From positions 11,658-75,657 of the forward strand of contig CAJBNH010000158.1 of assembly GCA_903955385.1 (NCBI GenBank): a stretch of DNA of 64,000 bases, read 5' to 3'. This document shows, piece after piece, positions 28,691 through 39,264 of this stretch. Positions within the stretch are counted from its first letter, which is position 1. Each line of letters starts with the position of its first letter. Below the pieces are notes generated by a model, which saw only the letters and a list, made by a program, of their open reading frames with translations, was not told where the DNA came from and ran no database searches. This DNA is from an uncultured Myxococcales bacterium (GTDB lineage: Bacteria > Myxococcota_A > UBA9042). The position numbers and the translations under genes were made by a program.

Positions 28691-29211
28691 CTACTTGTCC
28701 TTCCTCTTGACCTTGGGCTTGGACTGCTTGTCTTCGTCCGAAGCGGGCGCTGTCTCGTCGCCCTTGGCCTTGTCGACGTTCTTCTCAGGCTGGGCCGGCT
28801 GCCCGGACTTGCCGAAGTCGACCGCGTAGTTGGCGCGATAGGCCACGAACCGCGTCTTGCCCTTGGCCTTGAGGATGGTGCGCTTGAAGTCGGCCTTGGT
28901 CAGGGTCAGCGTGCTGGGCTCAGCGATGCCGTCCCGCGGGCTCAGAACGACCGTGTGCTCTTCATCGCGACCGATGCCGCGGATGACCAGCGTCTTGGCA
29001 CCGTCGACGTACTCGTGGTTCTCCCATTCCTTGCCATCGAGCGTGAACTTCACGAACTCCAGCTTCATGCGGATGTAGGCCTCGCCGGGGATCTCGTCCT
29101 CGTCGACCTCTGAGGTGGCTTCGGGCGCTGCGTAGGCCTTGACGCCAACCAACGCGGCGGCGCCGATCGCGAGCATCAGGGCGATCCAAAGGGGGTAGGC
29201 TCGAATCTTCA
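28691..29211 (-). CDS. Secreted hypothetical protein with Lys-rich C-terminal tail
   Basis: ATG 29211 with AAGGAG RBS. Signal peptide MKIRAYPLWIALMLAIGAAALVGVKAYA. No domain recognised. Confidence 0.4.
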
Positions 29212-29339
29212 TCGGAAGCTCCTTTGCCCGCGGGGTTGTTCGGGCGGCATGGGGGTCGTTCGGGAGTCGGGCCGCTTCGTCCGGTCGGTCCCCGTCCAAG
29301 GGACGCAGGCGGCGGGTGCGGGATTCATGCGATGGGGTC

Positions 29340-30026
29340 TCAGGTTGCGGCGTCCGGTGGGTTGCGCGGGGCCTCCAGCTCGGCCAGTCGTGCCTCCAGA
29401 GCTTCGACCCGGCGCCTGAGGTCTGCAAGCTCCTGTTGTTCTCGCACAGGTAGGCCCAGAGCGGCGACAGCGTGGCGAATGCCTTCATCCAGACGCTGTT
29501 GCAGATCGTCGACCGCCTTCTGCGTCTGCCCGACAAAGGTTTGGCTAGCCGCGGGCGTGCGCTTGGGCGCCGCCTCGGACTCGGAGGCCGCGGTCGACTC
29601 CTCCGCCTCGTCTTCACCGGCACCTTTGCGATGCAACACGCGCTCCGCTCGCCGCTCGGCCTCAGACTTCCATGCCGTCACGGTGCGCTCGGCTTCGTCC
29701 TTCCAGGCGGTGACCGTGCGCTCTGCGTCGGTGCGGACCCGCTGCACGGGCTCTGCGAACCGCTTGTGCAGGAACTCGTTGCCCTGCTCGATCAGCGTTC
29801 GCAAGCCGGTCAGCGGCACCGAGCCGCGGTTGCGGCGCTCCGAGTCGAGCAACGCTTGGGTCAGCGTCACTTCGGTCAGGTCGCGCTTGGTCTTGTTGTC
29901 GATGACCTGCACATCCTGGCCGGCGCGGACCATGGCCGCGACCTCTTCGAGCGTCACGTAGCAGGACAGCTCCGTGTCGTACATCTTGCGGTTGGCATAG
30001 CGTTTGATCACCCGGGCACCGCTCAT
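29340..30026 (-). CDS. phaR: Polyhydroxyalkanoate synthesis repressor PhaR
   Basis: RVIKRYANRKMYDTELSCYVTLEEVAAMVRAGQDVQVIDNKTKRDLTEVTLTQ matches the PHB/PHA regulator DNA-binding domain. Coiled-coil C-terminus. Confidence 0.7.
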   Translation of the reverse strand: MSGARVIKRYANRKMYDTELSCYVTLEEVAAMVRAGQDVQVIDNKTKRDLTEVTLTQALLDSERRNRGSVPLTGLRTLIEQGNEFLHKRFAEPVQRVRTDAERTVTAWKDEAERTVTAWKSEAERRAERVLHRKGAGEDEAEESTAASESEAAPKRTPAASQTFVGQTQKAVDDLQQRLDEGIRHAVAALGLPVREQQELADLRRRVEALEARLAELEAPRNPPDAAT

Positions 30027-30084
30027 GTTGTCCGCCGGAAGTGCCGAAAGAGGCACGAGCATTGTCGTCGAATGACACCTTGCG

Positions 30085-30678
30085 TCAACGCCCGGCAAGG
30101 CTGTTCCGCAGCCTCTGCTGCAGGTCGATGAGGATCCGTGCCGATGCGCCCCAAACGACCGTGCCGTCGCGAAATTCGAACCGGGGCGCGCGGAGTTGCT
30201 GGCCGTACGCCGTGAACTCCAGCCATCCCGCCGGGTCGGTCGCGACGATCTCGTCCAGGGGGATCTCGAGCGTCGCCTCGATCTCCCGCTCGTCCAGTCG
30301 CCACTCGGGCGGCGGGTCCACCACCCAGCCCACGATGGGAGCGATGTGGTAGTCGGTCACAAACGTCCTGTCTTCATTCAATCTTCCCAAGATCTCGACA
30401 CGCGCGGCGTCCAGCCCGACCTCTTCGTGCGCCTCTCGCAGCGCCGTCGCCACCAGATCGACGTCCACAGGGTCTACAGCGCCACCGGGAAAGCCGATCT
30501 GGCCCGCGTGGCGGTTCAGCTGGGTCGACTTGCGCACGAACAGCACGGTGGGGCCATCGGGCCGTCGCAGCACCGGCACCAGCACCGCCGACGCCCGGTT
30601 GGTCCCCACCTCGATCCTGGCCGCGGGCGGGTGTTCGAGCGCGGCGCGCAGCCAGGCGGTGGTGGCCAGGTCGGTCAT
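30085..30678 (-). CDS. NUDIX hydrolase (CoA pyrophosphatase-like)
   Basis: Nudix box GGAVDPVDVDLVATALREAHEEVGL. ATG 30678 preceded by GGAG. Confidence 0.65.
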   Translation of the reverse strand: MTDLATTAWLRAALEHPPAARIEVGTNRASAVLVPVLRRPDGPTVLFVRKSTQLNRHAGQIGFPGGAVDPVDVDLVATALREAHEEVGLDAARVEILGRLNEDRTFVTDYHIAPIVGWVVDPPPEWRLDEREIEATLEIPLDEIVATDPAGWLEFTAYGQQLRAPRFEFRDGTVVWGASARILIDLQQRLRNSLAGR

Positions 30679-30702
30679 GGAGCTCCGCAACACTTCAAGA
30701 GA

Positions 30703-31995
30703 TCAGGAGAATCGTGCGAGGTAGTACTGCTTCTTGCCGACCCGCACCAGACCCAGCCGCTGGTGCAGCAGGCCCAAGCCAACGATGGGCGTTTGCAGGT
30801 CCTGTCCCAGCTTGACGCCGTTCCACGACACGCTGCCCGCCTGCAGGGCCCGCTTGGCCTCGCCGTTGCTGCGGAACGGGTGCGTCTCAGTCTCGCCCAC
30901 CAGCACGGTCACCAACGTTTGGTCGGTCAGCGCCGGATGGTCCTGGTAGGGGATCTCGCCCGCCAGCATGGCGAACGTGCTCAGCGGCGCCTCACGCGGA
31001 TCGCCGCCGAACAGCACCTTGCTGGCCTGTTCCGCGCCGTCGGTTTGCGCCTCGCCGTGCACCAGCAGCGTGACCTCGTGGGCCAGCGTGCGCTGCGCCT
31101 CGCGCAGGTGCGGCGCCAAGGCGTGGCGAGCTTCCAGCGTCTCGACAGCCTCGCGGGAAAGGAACGTGAAGTAGCGCAGGTACAGGCCGACGTCGGCGTC
31201 CTCGACGTTGATCCAGAACTGGTAGAACCGATACGGCGTCGTCAGCTTGGGGTCCAGCCAGATGGCCCCGGCCTCGGTCTTGCCGAACTTCTGACCGCTG
31301 CGGGTGGTCACGAGCGGCATCGTGACGCCAAAGGGCGTGCCGGCGTTGGCTCCGTCCTCGCGCGCCAGCCGACCGATCAGGTCGATGCCCGACACGATGT
31401 TGCCCCACTGGTCCGACCCGCCCAGCTGCGCCCGGCAGCCGTGGTCGCGCCAAAGCGTCCAGAAGTCGTACGCCTGCAGCAGCATGTAGCTGAATTCGGT
31501 GAACGAGATGCCGTGGTCGCGTTCCTCCAGCCGCTTCTTCACCGAGTCGCGCTGCACCATTGCGTTGACGGAGAAGTGCTTGCCGAAGTCGCGCAGGAAG
31601 TCGAGCAGCCGAACCTCGCCCAGCCACTCGAGATTGTCGATGAACACGGCGGCGTTGGGGCCGTCCTTGGCCAGAAAGTGCTCGACCTGATGGCGGATCG
31701 CCAGCGCGTTGGCCTTGGCGGTGTCGGCGTCCAGCAGCTTGCGCTCGGCCGACTTGCCGCTGGGGTCGCCGATGATGCCGGTGCCGCCGCCGACCAGCGC
31801 GATGGGCGTGTGCCCGGCCAGCTGCAGGCGCCGCAGCGTCAGGATCGGCAGCAGCGAGCCGATGTGCAGGCTGGCGGCCGACGGGTCGAAGCCGATGTAG
31901 GCGCGAATGTGGCCGGACAGGGCCTCGCGGGCGACCTCGGGGTCGGTGACCTGATGCACGAGACCGCGCCAGGCGAGTTCGTCAAGGAGGTGCAT
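30703..31995 (-). CDS. tyrS: Tyrosine--tRNA ligase
   Basis: HIGS (HIGH) and KFGKT (KMSKS) class I motifs. S4-like C-terminus. ATG 31995. Confidence 0.9.
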   Translation of the reverse strand: MHLLDELAWRGLVHQVTDPEVAREALSGHIRAYIGFDPSAASLHIGSLLPILTLRRLQLAGHTPIALVGGGTGIIGDPSGKSAERKLLDADTAKANALAIRHQVEHFLAKDGPNAAVFIDNLEWLGEVRLLDFLRDFGKHFSVNAMVQRDSVKKRLEERDHGISFTEFSYMLLQAYDFWTLWRDHGCRAQLGGSDQWGNIVSGIDLIGRLAREDGANAGTPFGVTMPLVTTRSGQKFGKTEAGAIWLDPKLTTPYRFYQFWINVEDADVGLYLRYFTFLSREAVETLEARHALAPHLREAQRTLAHEVTLLVHGEAQTDGAEQASKVLFGGDPREAPLSTFAMLAGEIPYQDHPALTDQTLVTVLVGETETHPFRSNGEAKRALQAGSVSWNGVKLGQDLQTPIVGLGLLHQRLGLVRVGKKQYYLARFS

Positions 31996-32080
31996 GTCGA
32001 GCCTCACGCGTGGGGAGACGCGGTCGGGCGACCGCTGCGCGCGGGCAGAGCTGCGGTCGGAGGGCAGAGCGGCCGCGCCC

Positions 32081-33031
32081 TTACGGCTTGGCGGGCACGG
32101 GCGGCGCGATCACGTTCAGCTTGAACGGCAGCGCCTTGGCACCATTGGTCGGCGGCGCGAGCACGAGATAGTCGCCGGCCTTGCGGGGCGTCCACACGGC
32201 CTTGCCAGCCGCATCCCACTCGACGACTTCGCCGATGCCCAGCTGGTCATTCAGCACGACCACGAACGGCAGCTTGATCTCGCTGCGCGTGGCGCCCTTT
32301 TCGTCCATATCCTGCACCAGCAGCGTGACCGGCTGGCCGACGATGGGCTGTGCGGGCGTGGGGGTCAGCAGCAGCTTGTCCTGACCGGCCTCTGCTTTCT
32401 GGGCCATACCGACGACGCCGGGGCCCATCACCTCGGGCAGGGCGCCCTTGATGGTCACGGGCGACGAGACGACCTTGGGCTTGCCGCCGATCGGACGGAA
32501 CACGACGATCAGTGCGTGGTCGCCGCCCTCGCCGGGCTTGAACGACAGCTCGCGGGCGTCGGCGCCTTCACGGATCGAGCCGTTGGCCGACGCGTACAGC
32601 GCCTGCCGCAGGTCACGCGCCACCAGGAAGCCGTGCATATCGCCGCGCTCGAGCTTGTCGAACTTGCCGATCGGGCGATTCTCGGGGTCCAGCACCGTTA
32701 CGTAGATCTTGGTCTGCTCGTAGGCAGCGGGCGCGGAAACGGCTTTGCCTTCAGCGTTTGCGAATCCGGTGGTGATGCGCCAGCCGTCCAGCGTCTCAGA
32801 GCTGGGACCCAGGTACTTGGGCTCGACGAGCGTCGTGTCCGCCGGCAGCTCGCTGGGCGTGGCGGCCGTGGGCAGACCCGTCGCGCCCGTGGGGGCGGTG
32901 CTGGCACCCGTCGGCTCCTTGGGCTTGTCGCTGCAACCGCGGCAGCCCGACTGGACCGCAGCGACGGCAAGCAAACCGGCGAGCGCAACGAGAGAAAGCA
33001 GGCGAGAACGAGAAAGGCAAGTGTTCATCAT
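32081..33031 (-). CDS. Lipoprotein, function unknown
   Basis: [30 protein letters not shown] lipobox. The start overlaps the yebC stop (ATGA). Confidence 0.45.
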   Translation of the reverse strand: MMNTCLSRSRLLSLVALAGLLAVAAVQSGCRGCSDKPKEPTGASTAPTGATGLPTAATPSELPADTTLVEPKYLGPSSETLDGWRITTGFANAEGKAVSAPAAYEQTKIYVTVLDPENRPIGKFDKLERGDMHGFLVARDLRQALYASANGSIREGADARELSFKPGEGGDHALIVVFRPIGGKPKVVSSPVTIKGALPEVMGPGVVGMAQKAEAGQDKLLLTPTPAQPIVGQPVTLLVQDMDEKGATRSEIKLPFVVVLNDQLGIGEVVEWDAAGKAVWTPRKAGDYLVLAPPTNGAKALPFKLNVIAPPVPAKP

Positions 33032-33777
33032 TGGTTCAACCTTTGGACGGTGGCGTCGTCCAGATCGAAGTTCGACCACACGTGCTGCACGTCGTCGTTG
33101 TCCTCGAGCATGTCCATCAGCTTGAGCATGGTATCGGCGTCCTTGCCGCCCAGCTCGACGGTCAGGGACGGCAGCTTGACCGTCTTGGTGTCGGCGATGG
33201 CGATGCCGGCGGCCTCGAGCTTTTCGCGGACTTCCCACAAGTCCTCAAAGCCGGTCTCGATGATCCACTGGTCGTCTTCTGCCTCGACATCCACGGCCCC
33301 TGCATCCAACGCGACCAGCATCAGCTCGTCTTCGTTGACCTTGGCCTTGTCGACCGTGATGTGGCCTGCGGTGCGGAACAGATACGCAACCGAACCCACC
33401 ACGGCCATCTTGCCGCCGCACTTGTTGAAGGCGAGGCGCACTTCGCCGGTGGTCCGGTTCTTGTTGTCCGTCATGGCGTCGACCAGCACCGCAGCGCCGT
33501 TCGGGCCGTAGCCTTCGTAGGTGTACTCTTCGTACACGACGCCCTCGAGCTCGCCCGTGCCTTTCATGATCGCGCGCTTGATGTTTTCGGCGGGCATGTT
33601 GTTGGCGCGGCCTTCCAGCACGGCCTTGCGCAGCCGGGCGTTGCCGGCGATGTCACCGCCGCCCATTCGGGCCGCCACGGTGATCTCCTTGATCAGCTTG
33701 GTGAAGATCTTGCCGCGCTCAGCGTCGGCCTTGCCCTTCTTGTGCTTGATCGTGCTCCATTTGTTGTGTCCACTCAT
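33028..33777 (-). CDS. yebC: YebC/PmpR family DNA-binding transcriptional regulator
   Basis: [32 protein letters not shown]... matches the conserved YebC N-terminus, 249 aa. Confidence 0.85.
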   Translation of the reverse strand: MSGHNKWSTIKHKKGKADAERGKIFTKLIKEITVAARMGGGDIAGNARLRKAVLEGRANNMPAENIKRAIMKGTGELEGVVYEEYTYEGYGPNGAAVLVDAMTDNKNRTTGEVRLAFNKCGGKMAVVGSVAYLFRTAGHITVDKAKVNEDELMLVALDAGAVDVEAEDDQWIIETGFEDLWEVREKLEAAGIAIADTKTVKLPSLTVELGGKDADTMLKLMDMLEDNDDVQHVWSNFDLDDATVQRLNQ

Positions 33778-34092
33778 CTTGTCGGCTCCGAGAAGTCGTT
33801 GTCCTGTGCGTCTCCCGCCATGCTCGTCCTCGAGTGCGGCAGCGGTGTTCTCCGAGGCGGCCGTTGTGCGGAAAGGGGGGGCCGCCGGGACGCGGGCGGC
33901 GGGAAGCTATCACGGCTTGGGACTTCGGGAAAGGCCCAAGAGTTGCGGGCATTGGCGGCGAAACAGGCCGGCTGGGCGCCTGCATCGCATCGAAACCGCG
34001 TCGAAATCCTGAGCTTCGCTGCGGCACCCGACGGCTTCGCTTTGACTCGCAGCCATACCGCGGCGACAATCCCGCGCCCCAACGGAGCCTCC

Positions 34093-35406
34093 ATGCGCGA
34101 CCCCCATGCCCTCGTTCCCCCCTTCGACCCCAGTTTGGCGGACCCTGCTGACACGCCGGTCGAGCTTGCCCTTGCAGCCCTGCGCGTGGGGCGAATCGTC
34201 GCCCTGGTCGAGGATCTGGCCGGCGGATCGTCGGTCTTCGCGGTGCTCGCGGCACAGCACGCAAGTGGTGATGCCGTCAACGAGCTTGCACACCATGCCC
34301 GCGGCGTGATCGCCGTGACGATGACCGAGGCGCGCGCTCAGGCGCTGGGGTGTCCGGCGCTGGAACGCAGGCGTGCGGCGGTGACCACGCCCCGCTATGG
34401 CGTCAGTGTCGAGGCGGCGCGCGGCGTTTCGACCGGCATCTCGGTCGCCGACCGTTCGCAGACCATCGTCGCGGTTGCCGATCCCCACACCACGCTGGAC
34501 GACTTCGTGCGTCCCGGGCACATCATGCCCAGCATCGTGGGCGTTCTGGGTTCGTTCGAACGGCCCTATGGCAGCGACGCCGCGCACGACCTCGTCGTCA
34601 TGGCCGGTTTGCAGCCTGCCGCGGCGCTGTCGCACGTGGTCGACGGACTGGACCCGCTGCAACCCGAGGATGTGGAGGTGTTTGCCGAACAGCGGGGATG
34701 GCCGGTGGTTCGCGTCAGCGACGTGCTGGCCTACCGCGCCGCCCACGAGCGGTTGGTACACGTAGTGTCCGACGGCATGGTCGAGACCAGCGACGGTCCC
34801 TTCCGCATCCGCATCTACGAAAACGACATCGACGGCACCAGTCACATTGCCTTGACGCGCGAGGGACTGGCCGAGGATCCCGAGGCGCTGCCCTTGGTTC
34901 GCCTGCACAGCCAGTGCCTGACGGGTGACATCCTGCACTCGCAACGCTGCGACTGTGGCGACCAGCTGCACGAAGCGATGCGGCGGGTGGCACGGGCGGG
35001 GTACGGCGCGGTGGTGTACCTGCGGCAGGAAGGGCGGGGCATCGGCCTGATCCAGAAGATCCGCGCCTATGCCTTGCAGGATCAGGGTGCCGACACGGTC
35101 GAGGCCAACCTGCGGCTGGGCTTTGCTCCCGACGAGCGCGACTACGCCGTGGCGGCGCAAATTCTCCGCGATGTGGGCATGGCCCGCATCGGCCTGCTGA
35201 CGAACAACCCGGCCAAGGTCTGGGCGTTGCAGCGGCTGGGCATCGAGGTCGCCGAACGCGTCGCGATCGAGATCGCCCCCACCCGCGACAACGTGCGGTA
35301 TTTGCAGACCAAACGTGATCGCATGGGGCATTGGCTGGAAGGGTTGGACGACGACCCCACCGGCGTGGTGCGCGTGCATGTGCCCGAGGGCGGAGGCCAC
35401 CCGTGA
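34093..35406 (+). CDS. ribA: GTP cyclohydrolase II with N-terminal degenerate DHBP-synthase-like domain (RibBA-type)
   Basis: The C-terminal half carries the zinc-binding motif [18 protein letters not shown] and RQEGRGIGL. The N-terminal half aligns to RibB but lacks the RENEGD catalytic motif. RBS AACGGAG. Internal ATG chosen because the long ORF-track start is antisense to yebC. Confidence 0.75.
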   Translation: MRDPHALVPPFDPSLADPADTPVELALAALRVGRIVALVEDLAGGSSVFAVLAAQHASGDAVNELAHHARGVIAVTMTEARAQALGCPALERRRAAVTTPRYGVSVEAARGVSTGISVADRSQTIVAVADPHTTLDDFVRPGHIMPSIVGVLGSFERPYGSDAAHDLVVMAGLQPAAALSHVVDGLDPLQPEDVEVFAEQRGWPVVRVSDVLAYRAAHERLVHVVSDGMVETSDGPFRIRIYENDIDGTSHIALTREGLAEDPEALPLVRLHSQCLTGDILHSQRCDCGDQLHEAMRRVARAGYGAVVYLRQEGRGIGLIQKIRAYALQDQGADTVEANLRLGFAPDERDYAVAAQILRDVGMARIGLLTNNPAKVWALQRLGIEVAERVAIEIAPTRDNVRYLQTKRDRMGHWLEGLDDDPTGVVRVHVPEGGGHP

Positions 35407-36746
35407 TCCGAGTGCGCACGCTGATCCTGGGCGGAGGGCTGACCGGCCTGTCGACGGCTTGGCATCTGGAGCGCCGCGCGCGCGATACAGGCGACGCGTC
35501 GATGGCGTCGTACCTGCTGGTCGAACGCGACGCCCGGCTGGGCGGACTGACCCGAACCGAGGAGATCCAAGGCTATTTCTTCGACCACACCGGCCACTGG
35601 CTGCACCTTCGCTATCCCGAGATGAAGGCGTTCGTCGACGAGGTGATGGGCGACGAGATGCACCGGGTCGCGCGCCGCAGCCGCATCTGGTCGCACGGGG
35701 CGCTGACGCACTTCCCCTTTCAGGCCAACCTGTTTGGTCTGCCGCTGCCGGTCGTGCACAAGTGCCTGCAGGGTGCGATCGATGCGTCGCTGAAGGAGGC
35801 GAGGGGCGAGTTTGGGCCGCCGGCGCATTTCGAGGACTACTGTCGGCAGAAGTTCGGCGACGGCATCACCGACGCGTTCATGGTGCCGTACAACACCAAG
35901 CTGTGGGGCGTACAACCGCAAGAGATCGCTGCGGATTGGTGTCACCGCTTCCTCCCGCGTCCCAACCTGTCGCAGATGACGTCGGGTGCGCTTGGGCTTG
36001 TCGACGATCAGGCGGGTTACAACGCCAGCTTCGTGTATCCGCGTACCGGCGGCATCGAGACGTTTGCGCGGGCCATCGTGCGTGGCATCCCGACCGACAA
36101 GGTGCGACTGAACACGCAGCCCACGAAAATCGACCTGCAGAAGCGGACTTGCGTGTTGAGCGACGGTCAGGTGGTGCAGTACGAGCAGCTGGTGTCGTCG
36201 GTGGCGCTGCCGGACTTGCTGGATCTGGCGACCGACGTGCCGCCTGAGGTGGTCGAGGCGCGGTCGATGCTGCGCTGCACTGAGATGACGTACCTGTTGT
36301 ACGGCATCGCGCGGCCGGTGCTGGACGACATCCAGTGGCTGTATGTGCCCGATCCGACGACGCCTTTCTATCGGATCGGCTCGTTCTCGAACGCGGTGCC
36401 GAGTCTGGCGCCCGCCGGCAAGTCCGGGTTGTACGTCGAGGTGGCGAACGACCGGCCGATCCGCCTGGACGAGGTCAAGACTTCGGTGCGGGCCTTCCTG
36501 CGTGAGCGGGGCTGGTTGGACGACGACACCCAGGTCGAGGTCGAGGTAGCGCGGCACCTGAAGTACGGCTACGTCGTGTTCGATCAGCACTACTTCCCGG
36601 CCAAGGAGGCGATCTTTCCGTGGCTGCAGCAGCAGGGCGTGCACTCGCTGGGCCGCTATGGCGCGTGGGTGTACTCGAGCATGGAAGACGCGCTGTGGGA
36701 CGGCTACGGCGTGGCGATGGGATTGGAGGCACGGCGTTCGGCTTGA
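35403..36746 (+). CDS. FAD-dependent amine-oxidase-fold oxidoreductase (protoporphyrinogen oxidase/UDP-galactopyranose mutase-like)
   Basis: Rossmann motif [10 protein letters not shown] at the N-terminus, C-terminal [18 protein letters not shown] 35403 overlaps the ribA stop (GTGA). Confidence 0.5.
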   Translation: MIRVRTLILGGGLTGLSTAWHLERRARDTGDASMASYLLVERDARLGGLTRTEEIQGYFFDHTGHWLHLRYPEMKAFVDEVMGDEMHRVARRSRIWSHGALTHFPFQANLFGLPLPVVHKCLQGAIDASLKEARGEFGPPAHFEDYCRQKFGDGITDAFMVPYNTKLWGVQPQEIAADWCHRFLPRPNLSQMTSGALGLVDDQAGYNASFVYPRTGGIETFARAIVRGIPTDKVRLNTQPTKIDLQKRTCVLSDGQVVQYEQLVSSVALPDLLDLATDVPPEVVEARSMLRCTEMTYLLYGIARPVLDDIQWLYVPDPTTPFYRIGSFSNAVPSLAPAGKSGLYVEVANDRPIRLDEVKTSVRAFLRERGWLDDDTQVEVEVARHLKYGYVVFDQHYFPAKEAIFPWLQQQGVHSLGRYGAWVYSSMEDALWDGYGVAMGLEARRSA

Positions 36747-36836
36747 CCTTCCCGCCGTGATTGTCGAAAGTGCTTGCCCCGTTGCGTGCCGCCACTCGAC
36801 TTGCGCGTACGCCTTGAACGGTTCCGGAGGCTCCCG

Positions 36837-37571
36837 GTGGCATCGTCGTCCCGCGACTCGAAAGCGCTTGATCTCAGCGTCGTCATCCCTTGCTACAACG
36901 AAGAAGCGATCCTGTGGGGCGCGGTCGTCGAGCTCCATGAGGGCCTGAAGACCCTGAACCGCAGCTTCGAGATTCTGATCAGCGAGAACGGGTCGAAGGA
37001 CGATACCCGCGCCATCGCCGAGAAATTGTCGCGTGCTTACCCGGAAGTGCGGGCCGTCACCTCTGACGAGCCCAACTACGGCAAGGCGCTGCGCCGGGGC
37101 ATCGAGGCCGCCAAGGGCCGGTTCGTGCTGTGTGAGGAGATCGACCTGTGCGATCTCGACTTCCACAAGCGCGCCCTGACGATCCTGGACGCGGGCGAAG
37201 CCGACATGGTGGTGGGTTCGAAGGCGCACCCGCAGGCGCACGACGAGCGGCCGGTCACCCGTCGCGCGGCCACGATGGTGATGAACGGCCTGCTGCGCGT
37301 GATGCTGGGCTTCAAGGGCACCGACACGCACGGCCTCAAGGCGTTCGATCGCGTCAAGCTGACCAACACCGTGCAGCGCTGCGTGGTCGACAAGGACCTG
37401 TTCGCCAGCGAGCTGGTGATCCGGGCTGAGCGCTACGGCGTGCGCGTCGTCGAGATCCCGATCCAGATCCACGAGAAGCGCCCGCCCAGCATCCACTTGT
37501 TCAAGCGCGTGCCCAACGTGCTGAAGAACCTGGCCAAGCTGGTCTACGTGGTGCGCATTCGCAACCGCTAG
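36837..37571 (+). CDS. GT2 glycosyltransferase (polyprenol-phosphate sugar synthase-like)
   Basis: LSVVIPCYNEE, SENGSKDDT and the DxD region. GTG 36837 with GGAGG RBS 6 nt upstream. The ORF-track start is a TTG at 36774. Confidence 0.65.
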   Translation: MASSSRDSKALDLSVVIPCYNEEAILWGAVVELHEGLKTLNRSFEILISENGSKDDTRAIAEKLSRAYPEVRAVTSDEPNYGKALRRGIEAAKGRFVLCEEIDLCDLDFHKRALTILDAGEADMVVGSKAHPQAHDERPVTRRAATMVMNGLLRVMLGFKGTDTHGLKAFDRVKLTNTVQRCVVDKDLFASELVIRAERYGVRVVEIPIQIHEKRPPSIHLFKRVPNVLKNLAKLVYVVRIRNR

Positions 37572-37581
37572 GCCACAAGCC

Positions 37582-38520
37582 ATGACCCCGTCTCGCCCCC
37601 GCGCCGCCGTCAACGTCGACATCGACGGCCTGTACCTGTACGACCGCATCCACGGTCACGCGGGCGGCAGCGGCAACGCCGCCGGGTTCGATCCGGCCGC
37701 CCACGACCCCACCGTCTGGACACGCGGCATCCCCCGCTTTCTCGACGCGTTTGCGCAAGCCGGTATCCAGGCGACGTTCTTTGTCGTGGCCCAGGACCTG
37801 GCCCAGGCCGACGTGCGCGCGGTGCTGAAGGACTGCGTGGCGGCCGGCCACGAGATCGGCAGCCACTCGTTCACCCACCCGTACAACCTGAGCCGCCTGG
37901 CGCCCGACGCCATTGGCGAGGAGTTGGTGCGCGCTCGCCACACCCTGCAAGACGCGACGGGGCAAGCGGTTCTGGGGTTCCGCGCGCCCGGATACGTGCT
38001 CAGCGACGCGCTGCGGACGGCCATCGCCGACGTCGGCCACACGTGGGACAGCTCGCGTTTTCCGTGCCCGCCGTACCAGCTGGCCAAGGCGACCTTCATC
38101 CAAGCCTACAAGCTGTTGGGACGCCCCAGCGGCAGTCTGATCGAGCCGGTGGGCGTCTGGGTCGGCCCCCGCAAGCCCTATCGCGACCGCCTGCCCGACG
38201 GCCGCACGCTGGTCGAGCTGCCGGTCGGCGTGCTGCCCGGGATGCGCGTACCCTTCATCGGGACGTCGGTGCTGATGTGGGGCGAGGCGGGGCGCAGGGT
38301 GCTGGCGCCTGTGGTTGCCCGCAGCGACTGGATGAACTTCGAGTGCCACGCGATCGACCTGACCGACCACGCGGGCGACGGCATCCCCGACCGGCTGAAG
38401 ACGCAGCCCGACCAGCGTGTGCCCTTGGCGAAGAAGGGCCCGCTGTTCCAAAAGGTTCTGTCGGACTTGGCCCGCACCCACGACGTGCGAACCTTGGGTG
38501 CGTGGGCCGCGACCCTCTAG
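37582..38520 (+). CDS. Polysaccharide deacetylase (CE4 family)
   Basis: NVDIDG and HEIGSHSFTHP match the NodB homology motifs. Confidence 0.75.
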   Translation: MTPSRPRAAVNVDIDGLYLYDRIHGHAGGSGNAAGFDPAAHDPTVWTRGIPRFLDAFAQAGIQATFFVVAQDLAQADVRAVLKDCVAAGHEIGSHSFTHPYNLSRLAPDAIGEELVRARHTLQDATGQAVLGFRAPGYVLSDALRTAIADVGHTWDSSRFPCPPYQLAKATFIQAYKLLGRPSGSLIEPVGVWVGPRKPYRDRLPDGRTLVELPVGVLPGMRVPFIGTSVLMWGEAGRRVLAPVVARSDWMNFECHAIDLTDHAGDGIPDRLKTQPDQRVPLAKKGPLFQKVLSDLARTHDVRTLGAWAATL

Positions 38521-38637
38521 GCCGTGTCGGTTTGCGACGTCATTTGTCGCTTGCACGCAGGTCGGCCGCTGCTCTGCCTTTACAGCACCCGCCCCGTGCC
38601 ACACCTTGGCACGGCACCGCATCCGGAGGCTTCGACC

Positions 38638-39201
38638 ATGCCCGCACTTCTGCTCTCTCGCGTCCAACGCACCACCCTCACGTGGTTTTTGTGGGCCATC
38701 GCCGTTGCCGCTGCGTTGGCCTCGGGGTACGCCGCCGCCGCGCTGGCGGGACCGCGCGCCCAAGGACCCAAGGAGACGATCGAGGGCAAGGTCGTGGCGG
38801 TTGCCGATGGCGACACCGTGACGGTTCTGGTCGACAGCGTGCAGGTCAAGGTGCGCCTGTGGGGCATCGATGCTCCCGAGAAGGCGCAGGCGTTTGGTCA
38901 GCGGTCGCGCGAGCACGTCTCGTCGCTGGTGTTCGGCAAGAATGTGCGCGTCGAGGTGTGGGGGCGCGACCGCTATGACCGCACGCTGGGGCGCATTTTC
39001 GTGGACGCGACCGACGTGAACCTGCAGATGGTGCGCGCCGGCATGGCGTGGTGGTACCAGCAGTACTCGCCCAAGGCGCAGGACATCGAGGTGGCAGAGC
39101 AGCAAGCGAGGTCAGCGAAGCTGGGGCTGTGGCGCGACGCGGATCCGCAGCCGCCGTGGGAGTTTCGCAAGGCCAAGCGGGCCGGTCGGCCTGCGCCTTG
39201 A
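38638..39201 (+). CDS. Secreted thermonuclease (SNase-like)
   Basis: KVVAVADGDTVTVL and VRLWGIDAPE match the staphylococcal nuclease OB-fold catalytic motifs. N-terminal TM/signal segment. Confidence 0.7.
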   Translation: MPALLLSRVQRTTLTWFLWAIAVAAALASGYAAAALAGPRAQGPKETIEGKVVAVADGDTVTVLVDSVQVKVRLWGIDAPEKAQAFGQRSREHVSSLVFGKNVRVEVWGRDRYDRTLGRIFVDATDVNLQMVRAGMAWWYQQYSPKAQDIEVAEQQARSAKLGLWRDADPQPPWEFRKAKRAGRPAP

Positions 39202-39264
39202 CATCCACCTGACGGAGCGGCAAACACTCGGGGCCCGTCTGACCCCCACGCCAAGGAGTCTGCC

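Noticed and set aside
33031-35406. 791-aa plus-strand ORF
   Set aside because: Its first ~350 codons are antisense to yebC and have junk composition. The real gene (RibBA-type) starts at ATG 34093 with an SD.
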